Of a DNA stretch of 64,000 bases, positions 11,486 to 24,089 are shown one piece after another. Both the position numbers and the translations under genes were made by a program. Origin of the DNA: Macrostomum lignano (taxonomy: Eukaryota); contig NIVC01001255.1 in assembly GCA_002269645.1 (NCBI GenBank), positions 1 to 64,000 on the forward strand. Reading direction: 5' to 3'. How positions within the stretch are numbered: position 1 is the first letter of the stretch; each line of letters begins with the position of its first letter. The notes under the pieces are model-generated. The model was given only the letters and a program-made list of their open reading frames with translations, searched no databases and was not told the origin of the DNA.

Positions 11486-12274
11486 GGTCGGGTGACAAGA
11501 AATTGGTAGATACTTCACAACCGACAGGGACGGGAAACAACAAAAGTTTGAGGCCCATCAATCAATAAATTAGTCCTCGAAAAGCATTACTTGGATAGGT
11601 TTTTACCACAGACAAAAACTCACTGATTTAAAGGGAATACACTAAGAAGATAGCAGCTCATCGGCCTCCAAATTTTGTTGTTTCACGATGGGAGTTCTAT
11701 CCCATTTCTCATCCAACGGAGGAGTTCCACTCGTATACATTAAAGCTAGCATGGCCATTATGACACTTTGGGCCGCCGCTCTCCCAGATCTGGTGGCGAA
11801 TGACGCAACCTGTTGCGAGAGACGCCTTTACTGAGTTATAGTCTATGGCCCAGAGTTGGTTCACAGGGCCCTGGCAGATTGGGAGATGGCCAAGTGAGGT
11901 CAGACAAAGTCAAGGGGGCAGCTGGGGCTGGTCGGTTCCATCCACGCCCCCCGTGTCCTACGGCCAGGATTGATCATTGTAAAAGTTCTATGCTCATAAA
12001 ATTCAATGATAGCTGGCTGCTCCAGTATAACAATTGACTTTGACCAGCATCAGTTTAGATTGCGCGTTGAGGCCGCGATGGTGTGTGGTGGCGCAAGCGG
12101 TTGCTTTTCAATTTTAATAATCACTTTCAAATTTTGCAGATTTATAAACGATTTTGCTGGCAGCTGTGCATGGCAACTAATGTAAATTCGAATTTATTTA
12201 AGCAATTTTGGATTCAATTTTACCAATCCTTGAGATTTGATTTTTAAAGGAGCGATTGAGTTTCAGATAGTCAC

Positions 12275-12527
12275 TCTTGTGCCAGTCGCGCCTATTAAAC
12301 TCCGCGCTTGTACCAGTCGCGCCTATTAAACTCCGCGCTTGTGCCAGTCGCGCCTATTAAACTGCGCACTTGTGCCAGTCGCTCCTATTAAACTGCGCGC
12401 TTATGCTAGTCGCGCCTATTAAACTGCGCGCTTATGCTAGTCGCGCTTATTAAACTGCGCGCTTGTGCCAGTCGCGCCAACTGAACTGCGCGCTTGTGCC
12501 AGTCACGCCAATTAAACTGCGCGCTTA
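12275..12527. repeat. 31-bp minisatellite (CTTGTGCCAGTCGCGCCTATTAAACTGCGCG)n, about 8 copies
   Basis: Period-31 tandem array. Confidence 0.92.
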
Positions 12528-13419
12528 ATCAGGCATCCGTTTCAGTGGTTGATTCTCAGTGTGCTTCTTGAGAATAATAATCGCTAATGGGGATGCAATT
12601 AAGGTCGGTATCTCATGCTTTTTAAAATGCTAAAAATTTCTATTTTCAAAATTTCTGTCGAGTGCTTGCTTGGGTGATTAAAAAATCGACCTTCAGGCTA
12701 CCTGGCACAAAGCGGCTCAAAATTAAAGACGATTAATCACACAATACTACAACAATTGTCTTCAATAGATGCCATCGACAAACTCGGCCTGCAGTTGCTC
12801 CTTGAGTAACGCAGCAAATCGTTCTGAGTTTTGTTTGCCAACAACGGGCATTTTTTATGAAATTTTTTAATCCCCTGTCCTCCGGCCGGTGTTTAAACTG
12901 CGGCTCCCTCAATTTCCCATTTAATTCCGGCGCTCGAAATGAATTGAAGGAGGGAATGGGAGAGGCAGACAGGAAAGGGTTGAGCGAATATGAATTTCTG
13001 TGGCGGAAGGGGCGCTGAAAAAGCCGGCAAACAGAATTTAATGGCGGCAGGCAGAGCCAATGAATAGACTCGCTATAGAGTGGAGCACGCCGTGTTTGTC
13101 CAAGCCTGATGAGGCTGGGAAGCTGACTTCAAGATTTCGCTTTTTAACTCGAATTGCCCCGAAGTGGATTTATAGAAAGCAAAAAAACTCATTATTCAGT
13201 TCGGGACACGAAAGCCGTCGCTCTATTTACGTGTATTGCTATATTTTTTGTCATGCCGAGCTAAGGGGGTCAGTGAGCCATCCCAGCCCTTTCTTCAGGG
13301 AAATTTTATTTTTGTTAGTGGGACTAAATGTTTCTGAAATCGGTTTTTCTAATTTAATAGCAATTTTTCTGTTTCTGATTAATTGCATGTAGCAGGAACT
13401 GTTTTGGACCCTCCAGAAC

Positions 13420-14295
13420 AACTTGGCGCCCCAGGAACTGACTTGGTGCCTCAAAACCTGACATGGCGCCTCAAGAACTGACATGGTGCCTCAAAACCTG
13501 ACATGGCGCCTCAGGAATTGACATGGCGCCTCAAGGACTGACTTGGCGCCTTAGGGACTGACATGGCGCCTTAGGAACTGACATGGCGCCTCAGGAATTG
13601 ACATGGCGCCTCAAGGACTGACTTGGCGCCTTAGGGACTGACATGGCGCCTTAGGAACTGACATGGCGCCTTAGGAACTGACTTGGCGCCTTAGGGACTG
13701 ACTTGGCGCCTTAGGGACTGACTTGGCGCCTTAGGGACTGACTTGGCGCCTTAGGGACTGACTTGGCGCCTTAGGGACTGACTTGGCGCCTTAGGGACTG
13801 ACTTGGCGCCTTAGGGACTGACTTGGCGCCTTAGGGACTGACTTGGCGCCTTAGGAACTGACTTGGCACCTTAGAGACTGACTTGGCGCCTTAGGGACTG
13901 ACTTGGCGCCTTAGGGACTGACTTGGCGCCTTAGGGACTGACTTGGCGCCTTAGGAACTGACTTGGCACCTTAGGGACTGACTTGGCGCCTTAGGGACTG
14001 ACATGGCGCCTCAAGAACTGACATGGCGCCTTAGGGACTGACTTGGCGCCTCAGGAACTGACTTTGTTGGCGCTTCAAGAACTGACATGGCGCTTCAATA
14101 ATTAACATGGCGCCTCAGGAATCGACATGGTGCCTCAGGGACTAACATGGCGCCTCAGGGACTGACATGGCGCCTAAGAAACTGACATGGTGCCTCAAGA
14201 ACTGACTTAGCGCTTCAAGAACTGACTTGGCGCCTCAAAAACTGACATGGCGCCTCAAAAACTGACATGGCGCCTTAGGGACTGACTTGGCACCT
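13420..14295. repeat. 20-bp minisatellite (ACTTGGCGCCTTAGGGACTG)n, about 44 copies
   Basis: Period 20; homogeneous centre, diverged edges. Confidence 0.97.
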
Positions 14296-14494
14296 TGGAA
14301 ATCTATTTCTTGCTCCGTTTTGTGTCCCATCTTATTGACAATTAAACGCTGCTAAAAATTTCGCGTGAATTTAATTCTATTGGTTAGCTGAACTCAAAAC
14401 TTTCTCTGATGTCAGATAAATTATAATTCACTAAATAGTCGTTAGGACCTGCTCAATCTTTCAATCCATCCAGGAAGCTTTCTCAAACTCATCG

Positions 14495-14705
14495 ACAGCC
14501 AATGGGAATTGCGGAGGGGCGGCGGCTGAGCGGAGCGGGACTGCAGGGGGGGGCGGGACAGGACAGCCTCCATAGTGAAAACTGTAGTTTGAGTCATCCA
14601 ATCTCGATCCACATCATCTACAGCCGTAGCCCATCCATTCATCCATTGTCTCATCTGCAAGGGAGGTGGGGGGTTATGCTTGCAAACTAACTAGTTTAAA
14701 TACCC
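14495..14705 (+). promoter_or_regulatory. Putative Uncx core promoter
   Basis: CCAAT at 14499-14503, GC boxes (GGGCGG) at about 14518-14560, TATA-like TTTAAATA at 14695-14702, about 90 nt before ATG 14794. No TSS data. Confidence 0.35.
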
Positions 14706-14793
14706 AGCTAAAAGCAGGGACTGCTCGAAAGCGATTGTCAATCGAACTGAGCGACCGAATTAGCAGTCAATTGTTTGCCAATCTCGGTGCGGC

Positions 14794-15202
14794 ATGGAGT
14801 TGAATCCTTTCAGCGCTGCCGCGGCCGGCCTGCCGCCTCTAAGCTCGGCCGCTGCCGCCGCTGCTGCAGCCGCCGCTGCCGCTGCCGCTGCGGGCGCGCG
14901 GCCTGAGCAGTCGCCGCCTCAGCTGTTGCCATTTAACAAAGCTCTGCAGCTGTCCTCTTGGCTTTACTTCAAGTCCGGCCTGCCGTACCAGCAGATGCTG
15001 CAGAACCATCACCAGCAGCATCATCAGCAGCAGCGTCTGTTTCCCGACTTGCATCTCCACCTGGAGGAGCAGGTGGTCGCATCCTCCGGGATGACTTCCA
15101 GCGCGGCCGCCGCAGCGGCCATCGCCGACGCCGCCGCCAATGAAGATGACGACTGCAGTCCCACGGATCTTAGCGGCTGCTGCGCCTCGTCCATCATCAA
15201 AG
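14794..15202 (+). CDS. UNCX: Uncx/unc-4 exon 1 (poly-Ala, His/Gln-rich)
   Basis: ATG 14794; donor AAAG|GTGAGG at 15203 (phase 1) is compatible with the homeobox exon; the three exons total 1101 nt (366 aa). Confidence 0.72.
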
Positions 15203-15784
15203 GTGAGGCCAAGTTTTAATTATAAGGCGTCGCAACACAAATTGAAAATTTTGTTGACGTTGGGGCCGGTGTGCGCAGCAAAATGCAAGATCTGAAACAA
15301 AAATTAAGTAAGTAAATGTTGTTTAGCTGCAGTGTCCACTTGTCCACTTTGACTTGTCCCGGTCAAATATGTCGATGGTCTGGTATTGAAAAAATCATTT
15401 CGAACCTTAGGCTATTGAGCCAGTCTATATACAGCACTACATTCGTACTTCAATTACAAATAACTTTGACAACAGAAACTTCAGAACCGATTTGCTTATC
15501 TCATGCAGCTCCTTGAGCACCATCAATCCACGTCGATCACTGTCTCGTCTTCTCGTGCCATTCCGTCAACGTGTTGATTATTCAAGTAGCTTTCTTAGTA
15601 GCTTCTGGCACACAGCCATGAGCTCATCTTCTGACGTAAAATCGACGTGAGGGCTTGTGAATTTCTCCGTAAGGCTTCCGTCCGTAAACATCAAATCAAC
15701 AAATCTCGCTATATCAGCGTCAATAGTGGCAAAGTCGACAGTCACATTTAGTAAATTTTACGCTTCGTGCACAAGCAATTTAAT

Positions 15785-16077
15785 CCCCCTCCCTGACCAT
15801 TTTTTGCTGCGCCGGACTTTTTGTTGCGCACCTTCTCAAACAAGAATCAAGTCGCCAGCCCTCCGGACCGTCGAGATATTCAACGATTCAGCCAGAAGGT
15901 CGGATTTTTCCCATAAGCGCTACTGTATTTAGTGCATCTCCTGTGCGCCAATCAGCACTGCGCCTCAGTGCAGCCTTGCCAAGTCTCCAAATTCCATTAG
16001 CACGTCGACCACATGTGTCTGCATCAGCTCTGACTTCGTTGGTCACTGGCCTTCACCCCGACGGAGCTTCTGGATCT
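15785..16077 (+). mobile_element. Truncated second copy of the element at 3232-3822, in Uncx intron 1
   Basis: Collinear, highly similar to about 3290-3620 (shared CACCTTCTCAAACAAGAATCAAGTCGCCAG and CAGCTCTGACTTCGTTGGTCACT). Confidence 0.85.
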
Positions 16078-19000
16078 AGAATTAGAGACTAGAGAAATTC
16101 GCATAAGGGTCTTCAAATAGTTATCTGGTGCCATCTGTTGAAGGTCAAGAAGCTCCGTCTGGGTCAACCTTGATTTTGGATTTCGGACTGAGAGGGCGCA
16201 AAACCAGGGGCTTACTGATAAGGCTCTTATTTGGTTAGAGCATCGCTCTGTTAGACAAAAAGGCGACAGGCTACAAGTGAATTTTTATTAAATTGTGCTC
16301 CCCCAAATTTTTAAGCTATTGGCTTCCAAGATTGACACTTACACCTAATTAGAGCTAACACAGATCTCAGCTATATTCACGCATTCACCCATCTTCTGGT
16401 ATTAACAAGACTGCCCTTAGCCCCGTCACCCCAGGGCCCGTGCTGTGCTTGCTAAAATAGACACAGCTCAGCTTCCATTGTTGCGCAGCCGTTGCAGGCC
16501 TCACTCAACATCGCGGGGTTGTTTTAACTTTCCCCCCTTTTTGCATCCACTTAACTTCTTTTACGACGGATGAAATAATAAGACGTTAAGCTGGGGTGGG
16601 TGGCAGCCACGGCTTAGTAACAATTGGCCTATAGCAAGTCTTGCCGCTAACAGTTTAGGCAGAAGAGGAATGCTTCAAGAATTGAGAAAACAAGAGAGAA
16701 AAGAGGAGGGGCAAAACGACGAGAATTAGAAATCCTCTCCACTTGTTGGTTCTTCAAATTGCTTCAATTAGCGGTCCCGTTTGGAAGCGCGGCAGGAGTC
16801 CCCCAATTGACTTACCTGCCACCTACCCTATGCAGTGCAGGGCTCAGCAGCCCGCCCCCTAAGCAAAATTTACAATTGACAAGCTGATCAATACCATCAG
16901 CCCGGCCTCAACCCCCCGCTCTCCAAAATCGATACTTTAATTAGGCCTGCCCGGTGCAACAGAGAATTTATTTGCTGGGCCATCCAGCCCACTGAATGAG
17001 TTGCTGCTGCTGCTGCCGCTGCTTCTTGCGGCAAAAAATTCTACTGAAACCCCCCAAGGCAACCAAGGATAGGGAGCTGCATAATGAAAAGCTTGAGCAG
17101 GGAGAAAGCTGTATTAACGGCGTTGAATTAGAAACTCAGGGGATTAGTGCCTCGTAGTAGTATAATTCTACTTTGAAATTGAAAAGCAGATTTTAACAAA
17201 GCTTCCTTAATTCCGTTTGATTTAGCTACTTCCTCGGAGCTATAATAGTCTTGAGTCATTTATCTGTAGCCAAAAGCCTCCCAAAGTTTTCCCAACAACA
17301 ATGTCACCTTCATTCAACACAAGCACCTCTTAAAACTGTTTTTCAACCAATAATTATACAGAAAAGAAGACGTTGCATTTGATATTAAGAGGTGTCAAAA
17401 TAAAAAATCTGATCTAATTAGGGGGAGGTCGCGGAGCTCATTGACAACTCGAAAGCTTGAGAAAGCCAGATACCCCCCTAAGAGAGACAAAGAACGACAC
17501 AACAATGGCCGTGACTTACTCATCACCCTATAAGAACTAATTTCCCTCACTGAGGTCTCTGATCGGGTCGCAATTAAACAATTGCTGCCACCTGAGTCCG
17601 GTATGGAAACCTTGCACTGCCGTCTCTGCCATGTGTGCAGCTTGGTATCGAGGACGATTGAACGTGAGACGAGGACAAGTGTGTATGTGTGTGTGGCGCG
17701 AGACATGAGTCCCATTTATTCCATCTAAAACATTTTACATCTATAAAGGAAAAAGAGGGGTGCAAAAAAACGTGCTCCCAGTTCCCTCTTATTCTATTCC
17801 CATCATCTTCATGCTCTTCTTTTAATTTTCCATTTCCGTCTGCTCGGAAGGAGTAGGGAAGAAGTTCCTGCGGAGTGGCTTGGAGGAATTGACGCTCTCA
17901 GACACGTGGCGAGCCGTGCGAACTGCGAGACCTGGTGACGTCTGCTACCACTCTCTTCTTGTCAACAGCGTATCTCTCTCATTTTAATTTTTTCTCAACC
18001 GATTATTGTCTGTCAACCCTGCGGGACATACTCCTCCCCCCCCACCGCCAACTTGGCTCACTCAATCATCAACTCCATTTTCACTTCCAATTCTAACTGA
18101 CCCCAGTTTACAATGGATTAGATTATGGGGACTTGTAGTTATTAATCCGTCATTGGGAATTGAGTAAAAAGCTTAATGATAAGAAAAGAAGCAGAGAAGA
18201 AAGATTTAACTTTTTTCATCACCCACTTTGTCTCGCGAATCTTCTTCCTCCTCCTCACCCTTTCTCTTTCAGCAGCAGCAGCAGCCCCATCCTCTCATCT
18301 CATCTCTGAATAAAACAGGCGACCCGTTACTCCTGGGGGGTCCTAATTACCCAGGCATGAAGAATCACCTTCGAAGCTTCACCGTCTCTCACTCCCCCCC
18401 CACTCAGTCCCATTCACAGTGACTTGTCACTCTCGTCTTCAATAACAGGTGCGCCCGATTCCCCTTCCCCCAGCTTTCTGCAATTGTCAAATAGCTAGTG
18501 TGTCTCTGGACAAAAAATTGGTGGGAACTCATACGGAAGAAGGAAGGTAAGAACGAAGAGAGGCGCGATGAGGAACATGACAAATACATCAGAGTAAGAA
18601 GAGAAGAGAATTGATATCAACAATGCATTTTTTAAGAAGAACGCCGGCCCCAACCTGAGTGATTGGCGCCCAACATGGAGGCGCTCGTATTATGAACCAT
18701 TATTGGCAAATTAGAAGACATTCCGCGACTAAACTGACAGAGCTGTATAGATAGAAGGCCTCAGACCTGACCTCCTTAATGGCTAAGATGGGGTGCTTCA
18801 ATATTGGATCAGTAGCGCATCATGGATGAAATAATTGTCGCTTTAAGAGTTTTTCTGTAACAGAATGATAGACAAATTCGTATCTCTGTTGTCATGCAGG
18901 GCAACCACCCCGAGAAACCCACTTAAAATCTGTCAGAATTATTGTTTGCTGCAAATGACGTACGCTGGAATGCCGGATACGCTCAGCACTATATTGTATT

Positions 19001-19521
19001 TCTATATTATAACGTTACTCTAGTTTAGTGATGCAATAATAAGTCTCAGCTTATAGTCTTGCATATACGCTGAGAATGTCTATGGCCAAGAGACCACTAA
19101 TTGATTGAGTGCAAAGGCAGCGGGTGTGCACAAAACGCCCGCCGAGAACTGTCTGTGGTAATTCCTCACTTGGCACTATGAGCAGCCCCCTGACTGAAAG
19201 CACGAGAAAAGTTTGGTTCTTTAATAAATTTCAATATATCTGAGGTGTTGCCTCTGCTTAATAGCTACCAGTGGTCCTTGAACCAATGGTGGCAAGCCCT
19301 TTGAGCTCTGAGCACAAGCTGGAATCCAAGGACAACTCAACTAGAAGGAGGAGAAAATACGTCTCTTAGAAAAAGTTAAGGAGGCTGGTTTTTACCGAAA
19401 AATACACTACGGAGATGGGAACTTTTCACTTTTTTCAGATTAAAAATTGTTATTGCTTTCGATAGGAAGCAGACCCAATGTTCATCTTTTGATATGTTTT
19501 GCCTCGCCTCCACACTCGCAG

Positions 19522-19797
19522 ACTTATCAGATGAAGTGGATGGTCAGGCAGCAGCCGCTGCAACCTCGGCCACCGGCGCCGGCCTGTCAGGCTCCGGTGG
19601 TAAGCGCCGTCGAACGCGAACGAATTTCACAGCCTGGCAGCTGGACGAGCTGGAACGTGCGTTCAGTGACAGTCACTACCCGGATGTGTTCATGCGTGAG
19701 GCGCTGGCCCTGCGTCTGGAGCTGGCCGAGTCGCGGGTTCAGGTCTGGTTCCAGAACCGGCGGGCCAAATGGAGAAAGAAGGACAACACTAGGAAAG
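19522..19797 (+). CDS. UNCX: Uncx/unc-4 exon 2: paired-class Q50 homeodomain
   Basis: [65 protein letters not shown] is the UNC-4/Uncx signature; acceptor CGCAG|AC, donor AAAG|GTGAGT. Confidence 0.96.
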
Positions 19798-20583
19798 GTG
19801 AGTCTTCGCGGTGGAATTAAATAGGGATTTTTAACTGATTCAATATTATCTAACAAGACTCGCCACGCATTTTATGGTAAGGAGTATAAAGCACTATAAA
19901 TTTGCGTTTGTCGTCAGATCACAATGAATCTTTAAGGAGCGCAGGTTGTTATCGATGGCGCTTTTAATTTTTTTCCGCAAACAAGTGGTAAGACCACTGA
20001 GGTGACAAAGCATAAAAGCTGCTGCTCATACCACAGTTTTAGGCTTCAACTTATCCAATGTAAGGCACGCGTGAACTTAATTTTAAACTGTACCTTTAGA
20101 CGCGTCAGCTGGACAAGCATCTTAAAAGTTAGCAAAAATTCATTCTGAGAATCAATATCTGCTTTGAAAACCAAGACCGGTTTTTGCTGATAAAATGCAT
20201 TAGCGAGAATACGGCTCGTAGTAAGCTTGATCATAAAGTTTCTTTAGAACTTAATTGACAAAGTATCTTAATTTTCTACTGAATTGCAAATGAAGCAGAG
20301 GTGCAGTCAAGTTTATCAAGCTACCGGATGCTACCAGAGAATGGCAAGCAAGAAAAGTTCCGGCAAAAGCTCAATTGTTCCTGTCTTTTGTGCATTTTTT
20401 CTAGACGGAAATTTTCTTGACACCGAATTTTTCTATGGCAAATTCCCATTCGGCCCTATGCAGAATACAATTTGCTCCGAAAATTGGCCTTCAGCGAAAG
20501 AGAAGAGCTGGAACTCTAGATTCTGGTTCAAAGCCTCGTTGGTTTATCACAAACACGAAAGCCAAATCACTGCCCTCACGCAG

Positions 20584-20999
20584 GTCCGGGCCGCCCAGCG
20601 CACAACGCCCAACCGCGCAGCTGTTCAGGCGACCCAATCGACCCCGAAGAGCTGCGGCGTCGCGAGGCGGAACGCGAAGATCGCCGCAGTCGACGACGTC
20701 AGCAGCAACTGCTGCTGCAACAGCGGCAGCAGCTTCAAGGCCAACAGACAATCGACGAGGCTGATGCGCTGCTGTCGATGACCTCCGAGGAGGACAGAAA
20801 GGACGGAGAGGACGAAGGTTCTCTATCTAACAGCGGCTCCGGCGAGGCTGGGAACCAACCACAGCCGCAGCCGCAGCCAAGCAGTCGCCCATTCAACGGA
20901 AGCTGCTTCACCATCGAGCGGCTTCTGCTGATGTCTCCGTCATCGAATTCGAAGGCAGCCGGAAGCGGCGGCACCTACGACAACGAAGGCCAACAATGA
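20584..20999 (+). CDS. UNCX: Uncx/unc-4 exon 3
   Basis: Acceptor CACGCAG|GT; GPGRPAHNAQPRSCSGDPIDPEELRRRE is the Uncx post-homeodomain motif; eh1-like FTIERLL; stop 20997-20999. Confidence 0.93.
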
Positions 21000-22339
21000 C
21001 TGCTTAGAGTTGAATTCACTATATTAACTTGAAAGCTTGCATGTTCATTGTGAATTATAGCTTTGCAGCCAAAAGTTGGACATGAAAACGAACTGAATTT
21101 AATCTTTCAAGCTTAGCCCTCCCAACATGCATTTAGACAACAACAACTAGTTAGCTAGTTTTTGTTCGTTCATCGCAGTGTTTTCCCACCTTGATAGACA
21201 GTAAAAGAACTCAAACTGGAACAACTTAGATTAAATTCAATGCGTAAGAGTCCAACCAAAAATATAGATTCAAAAATCTATGTTTAATCTGTCTGCCTCA
21301 GCGCTATAATTCTACTCAATTGATCTGATTAACAGCAAAGTAATATACAATTTATGAAATAATTCAACCATGTTTTTTGTGAAATCATTGGACTATAAAC
21401 CTTTCAAACACTAACTAAACTGTGAAAGTGTGCACGCTAGCCAACATACAATTGGAAGTCTTAATGCTTTTTACTTGGTAAAGTGACCTACTGAATCGGC
21501 AAATATAGTGTAAAAAGTCGAACTACTCCTGCCAGCAGCGCTCTGTTGGTACTCTCCCCCTCAGCTCAGCCTTATACCAATGCTTAAAGGATTCTTGGTT
21601 CACAGAGAAGGCAAACACAGCCAGGCAAATGAAAATTGGCATTCAGACGCCTCGTGCAGAGCCCCAAACTTAGACAGATCCTGGACTGAAGTAAATGGGG
21701 AAATAAGCGAAAGTTCTGAGCGATAGCCGGGTTTGTCGTGGGGAGAAATTTGAAGCACGATTTGAATGAGGACACATAATCCGTGACCAGGAATTAACAG
21801 GTGGCCTGGTACCCCCACCAGCCGGATAATCCTCACTCCTAATTAAATATTCCCGGCAATTGGGAATATGATTTTGAACAGGTTTTATAAGACAATCAAA
21901 GCTGCTGGATGGGAAGCGGAGGGTTGGCCGGGAGATTTAAGCAAACAGTGCAGCTGGAAATTTCTTCTGCCAACAAGAGGCAACTTTAAAAAAAGGGGAG
22001 ATTGAGAGCCCGAACAGCCGATTGATGGCGAAATAATTTTTCCTATTCACGATGCCCCTGCGCACACCGACCCATACGCGGGGAAGTGTGCTCGCGAAAA
22101 TCAGTGTCACGTTGGGCAAACAGAATTTGGTTGGGGGGGGGGGCGGGTGCCGTGGGAAGGGAGCGCACGAGCGCGCATCATCTTATCTTTCTCTCCCCCC
22201 ACCCAGCGATAATGAATTGATAATGATGATTAAGATGAAGAGTAGAAGCTGGGCTATGAACTGCTAAACCCACAGGTTCTACAATTTTTTGTTGCGAGAA
22301 CGAATTATCATTGCCAGACTAATGGTCTCGCTTAAGAAT

Positions 22340-23170
22340 CTGGGAGGCTGGTCTAGCAACTGATGATCTGGGAGAATGGCTCAGCAACTGAGGATCTGGT
22401 AGGCTGGCCCAGCAACTGAGGATCTGGGAGGCTGGCTCAGCAACTGAGGATCTGGTAGGCTGGCCCAGCAACTGAGGATCTGGGAGGCTGGCTCAGCAAC
22501 TGATGATCTGGGAGGCTGGCCCAGCAACTGATGATCTGGGAGGGTGGCCCAGCAACTGATGACCTGGGAGGCTGGTCCAGCAACATGATCTGGGAGGCTG
22601 GCACAGCAACTGAGGATTTTGGAGGCTGGCACAGCAACTGGGGATCTGTGAGGCTGGTCCAGCAACATGATCTGGGAGGCTGGTCCAGCAACATGATCTG
22701 GGAGGCTGGTCCGGCAACTTATGATCTGGGAGGGTGGCTCAGCAAAATGAGGATCTGGGAGGCTGGCCCAGCAACTGAGGATCTGGGAGAATGGTTCAGC
22801 AACTGAGGATCTGGGAGGCTGGTTTAGCAACTGAGGATCTGGGAGGCTGGTTCAGCAACTGATGATCTGGGAGGCTGGCCCAGCAACTGATGATCTGGGA
22901 GGGTGGCTTAGCAATTGAGGATCTGGGAGGGTGGATCAGCAATTGAGGAGCTGGGAGGCTGGTCCAGCAACTGATGATATGGGAGGGTGGCCCAGCAACT
23001 TATAATCTGGGAGGGTGGCTCAGCAACTGATGATCTGGGAGGCTGGTCCAGCAACATGATCTGGGAGGCTGGTCCAGCAACATGATCTGGGAGGGTTGCT
23101 CAGCAACTGAGGATCTGGGAAGCTGGCTCAGCAAATGAGGATCTGGGAGGCTGGCCCAGAAACTGAGGAG
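22340..23170. repeat. About 28-bp minisatellite (CTGGGAGGCTGGCCCAGCAACTGAGGAT)n with shorter variants
   Basis: Tandem array; explains ORFs 22381-22830 and neighbours. Confidence 0.95.
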
Positions 23171-23501
23171 GGTGCTAAATCAGACTTAGATATAGGAAAA
23201 TAAACTTAAAAAATTGCTAGAACTTGATAGATAGGTTCACATTAGGTTCACTATTCCAGTAAAACGAGGTACAATAAATAAATAACACGTGAAATAGCCC
23301 GTCAGCATCAATTTTCAAAACGGAACAGACACAACAAAAAGCAAGGAAGACATTCTTACCACAGCATGTGTATTCTTACTCATGTTTAAGTAGAGACTTT
23401 ATAAATACCTTCAAAAAATTTCCAAGCTAAAAAACTACTGAAAGTAAGCAGTAAAGCATATAGCTATAAAATATTAAAATGCAAAAAAGAGTTCTTATTG
23501 C

Positions 23502-24089
23502 TCAGATATAGTCAAAATCTAGCAAATCGTTAAAGTGGTTTTCTTCCCCAATCCCAAAGTCGGATACGAGACATTCCGTAGGCTCTTGAAAATCAGTTTG
23601 AGCAGTCGGATTAGGCGGAGCCAAATGAAAGTGCGCGCAATCAGCGCAGCGCCAGCTCAGAGTTGGAGCTTCACTGGCCAGCGCCAGGCCGTTGTGCCGA
23701 CCGCAGTTCTTGCAGAGAAGCGCCTTTGGCGGTTGAAGCTCTAAGCGACGTCCAGCTCGACAGCCAATCAGAATGCGCCACAGATGAGATGCTATTCGAT
23801 AGATCAGTGAGCCGAATTTTTCTTGGCCAATCACAGATCGACCTGGTTTATCTTGGCCAATCACAGACCGACCTGGCTTGTTCTGGCCAATCACAGACCG
23901 ACCTGCTTTGTCATGGCCAATTACAGAGCAATTAGTCTGATAAAAACAATGCGACGCAACAAACAACATCAATCCAAGTAGAACTGGAAAATAGATGAGT
24001 TTGAAGTAGCCATGCAAAGCCAGTGCTAGAGAGATAACTCCAAAACTGATAATAACAAGAACAATAGAAGTCTTGGATGGCCAGGTCAT
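23502..24089 (-). CDS. LNPK: Lunapark-like protein (two TM helices plus C4 zinc ribbon), compact and divergent
   Basis: ALLCKNCGRHNGLALASEAPTLSWRCADC matches the Lunapark CxxCxxHNG(L/M)A..RCxxC motif; two N-terminal hydrophobic helices; acceptor AATTAG| at 24093 just before ATG 24089, so an upstream exon may exist. Confidence 0.78.
   Translation of the reverse strand: MTWPSKTSIVLVIISFGVISLALALHGYFKLIYFPVLLGLMLFVASHCFYQTNCSVIGHDKAGRSVIGQNKPGRSVIGQDKPGRSVIGQEKFGSLIYRIASHLWRILIGCRAGRRLELQPPKALLCKNCGRHNGLALASEAPTLSWRCADCAHFHLAPPNPTAQTDFQEPTECLVSDFGIGEENHFNDLLDFDYI

Noticed and set aside
16300-18400. Cluster of TAATT/AATTA sites in Uncx intron 1 as an autoregulatory enhancer
   Set aside because: I found no convincing TAAT-N3-ATTA palindrome, and enrichment cannot be shown without a background model or conservation data
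22381-22830. Several overlapping ORFs
   Set aside because: Products of the about 28-bp tandem repeat
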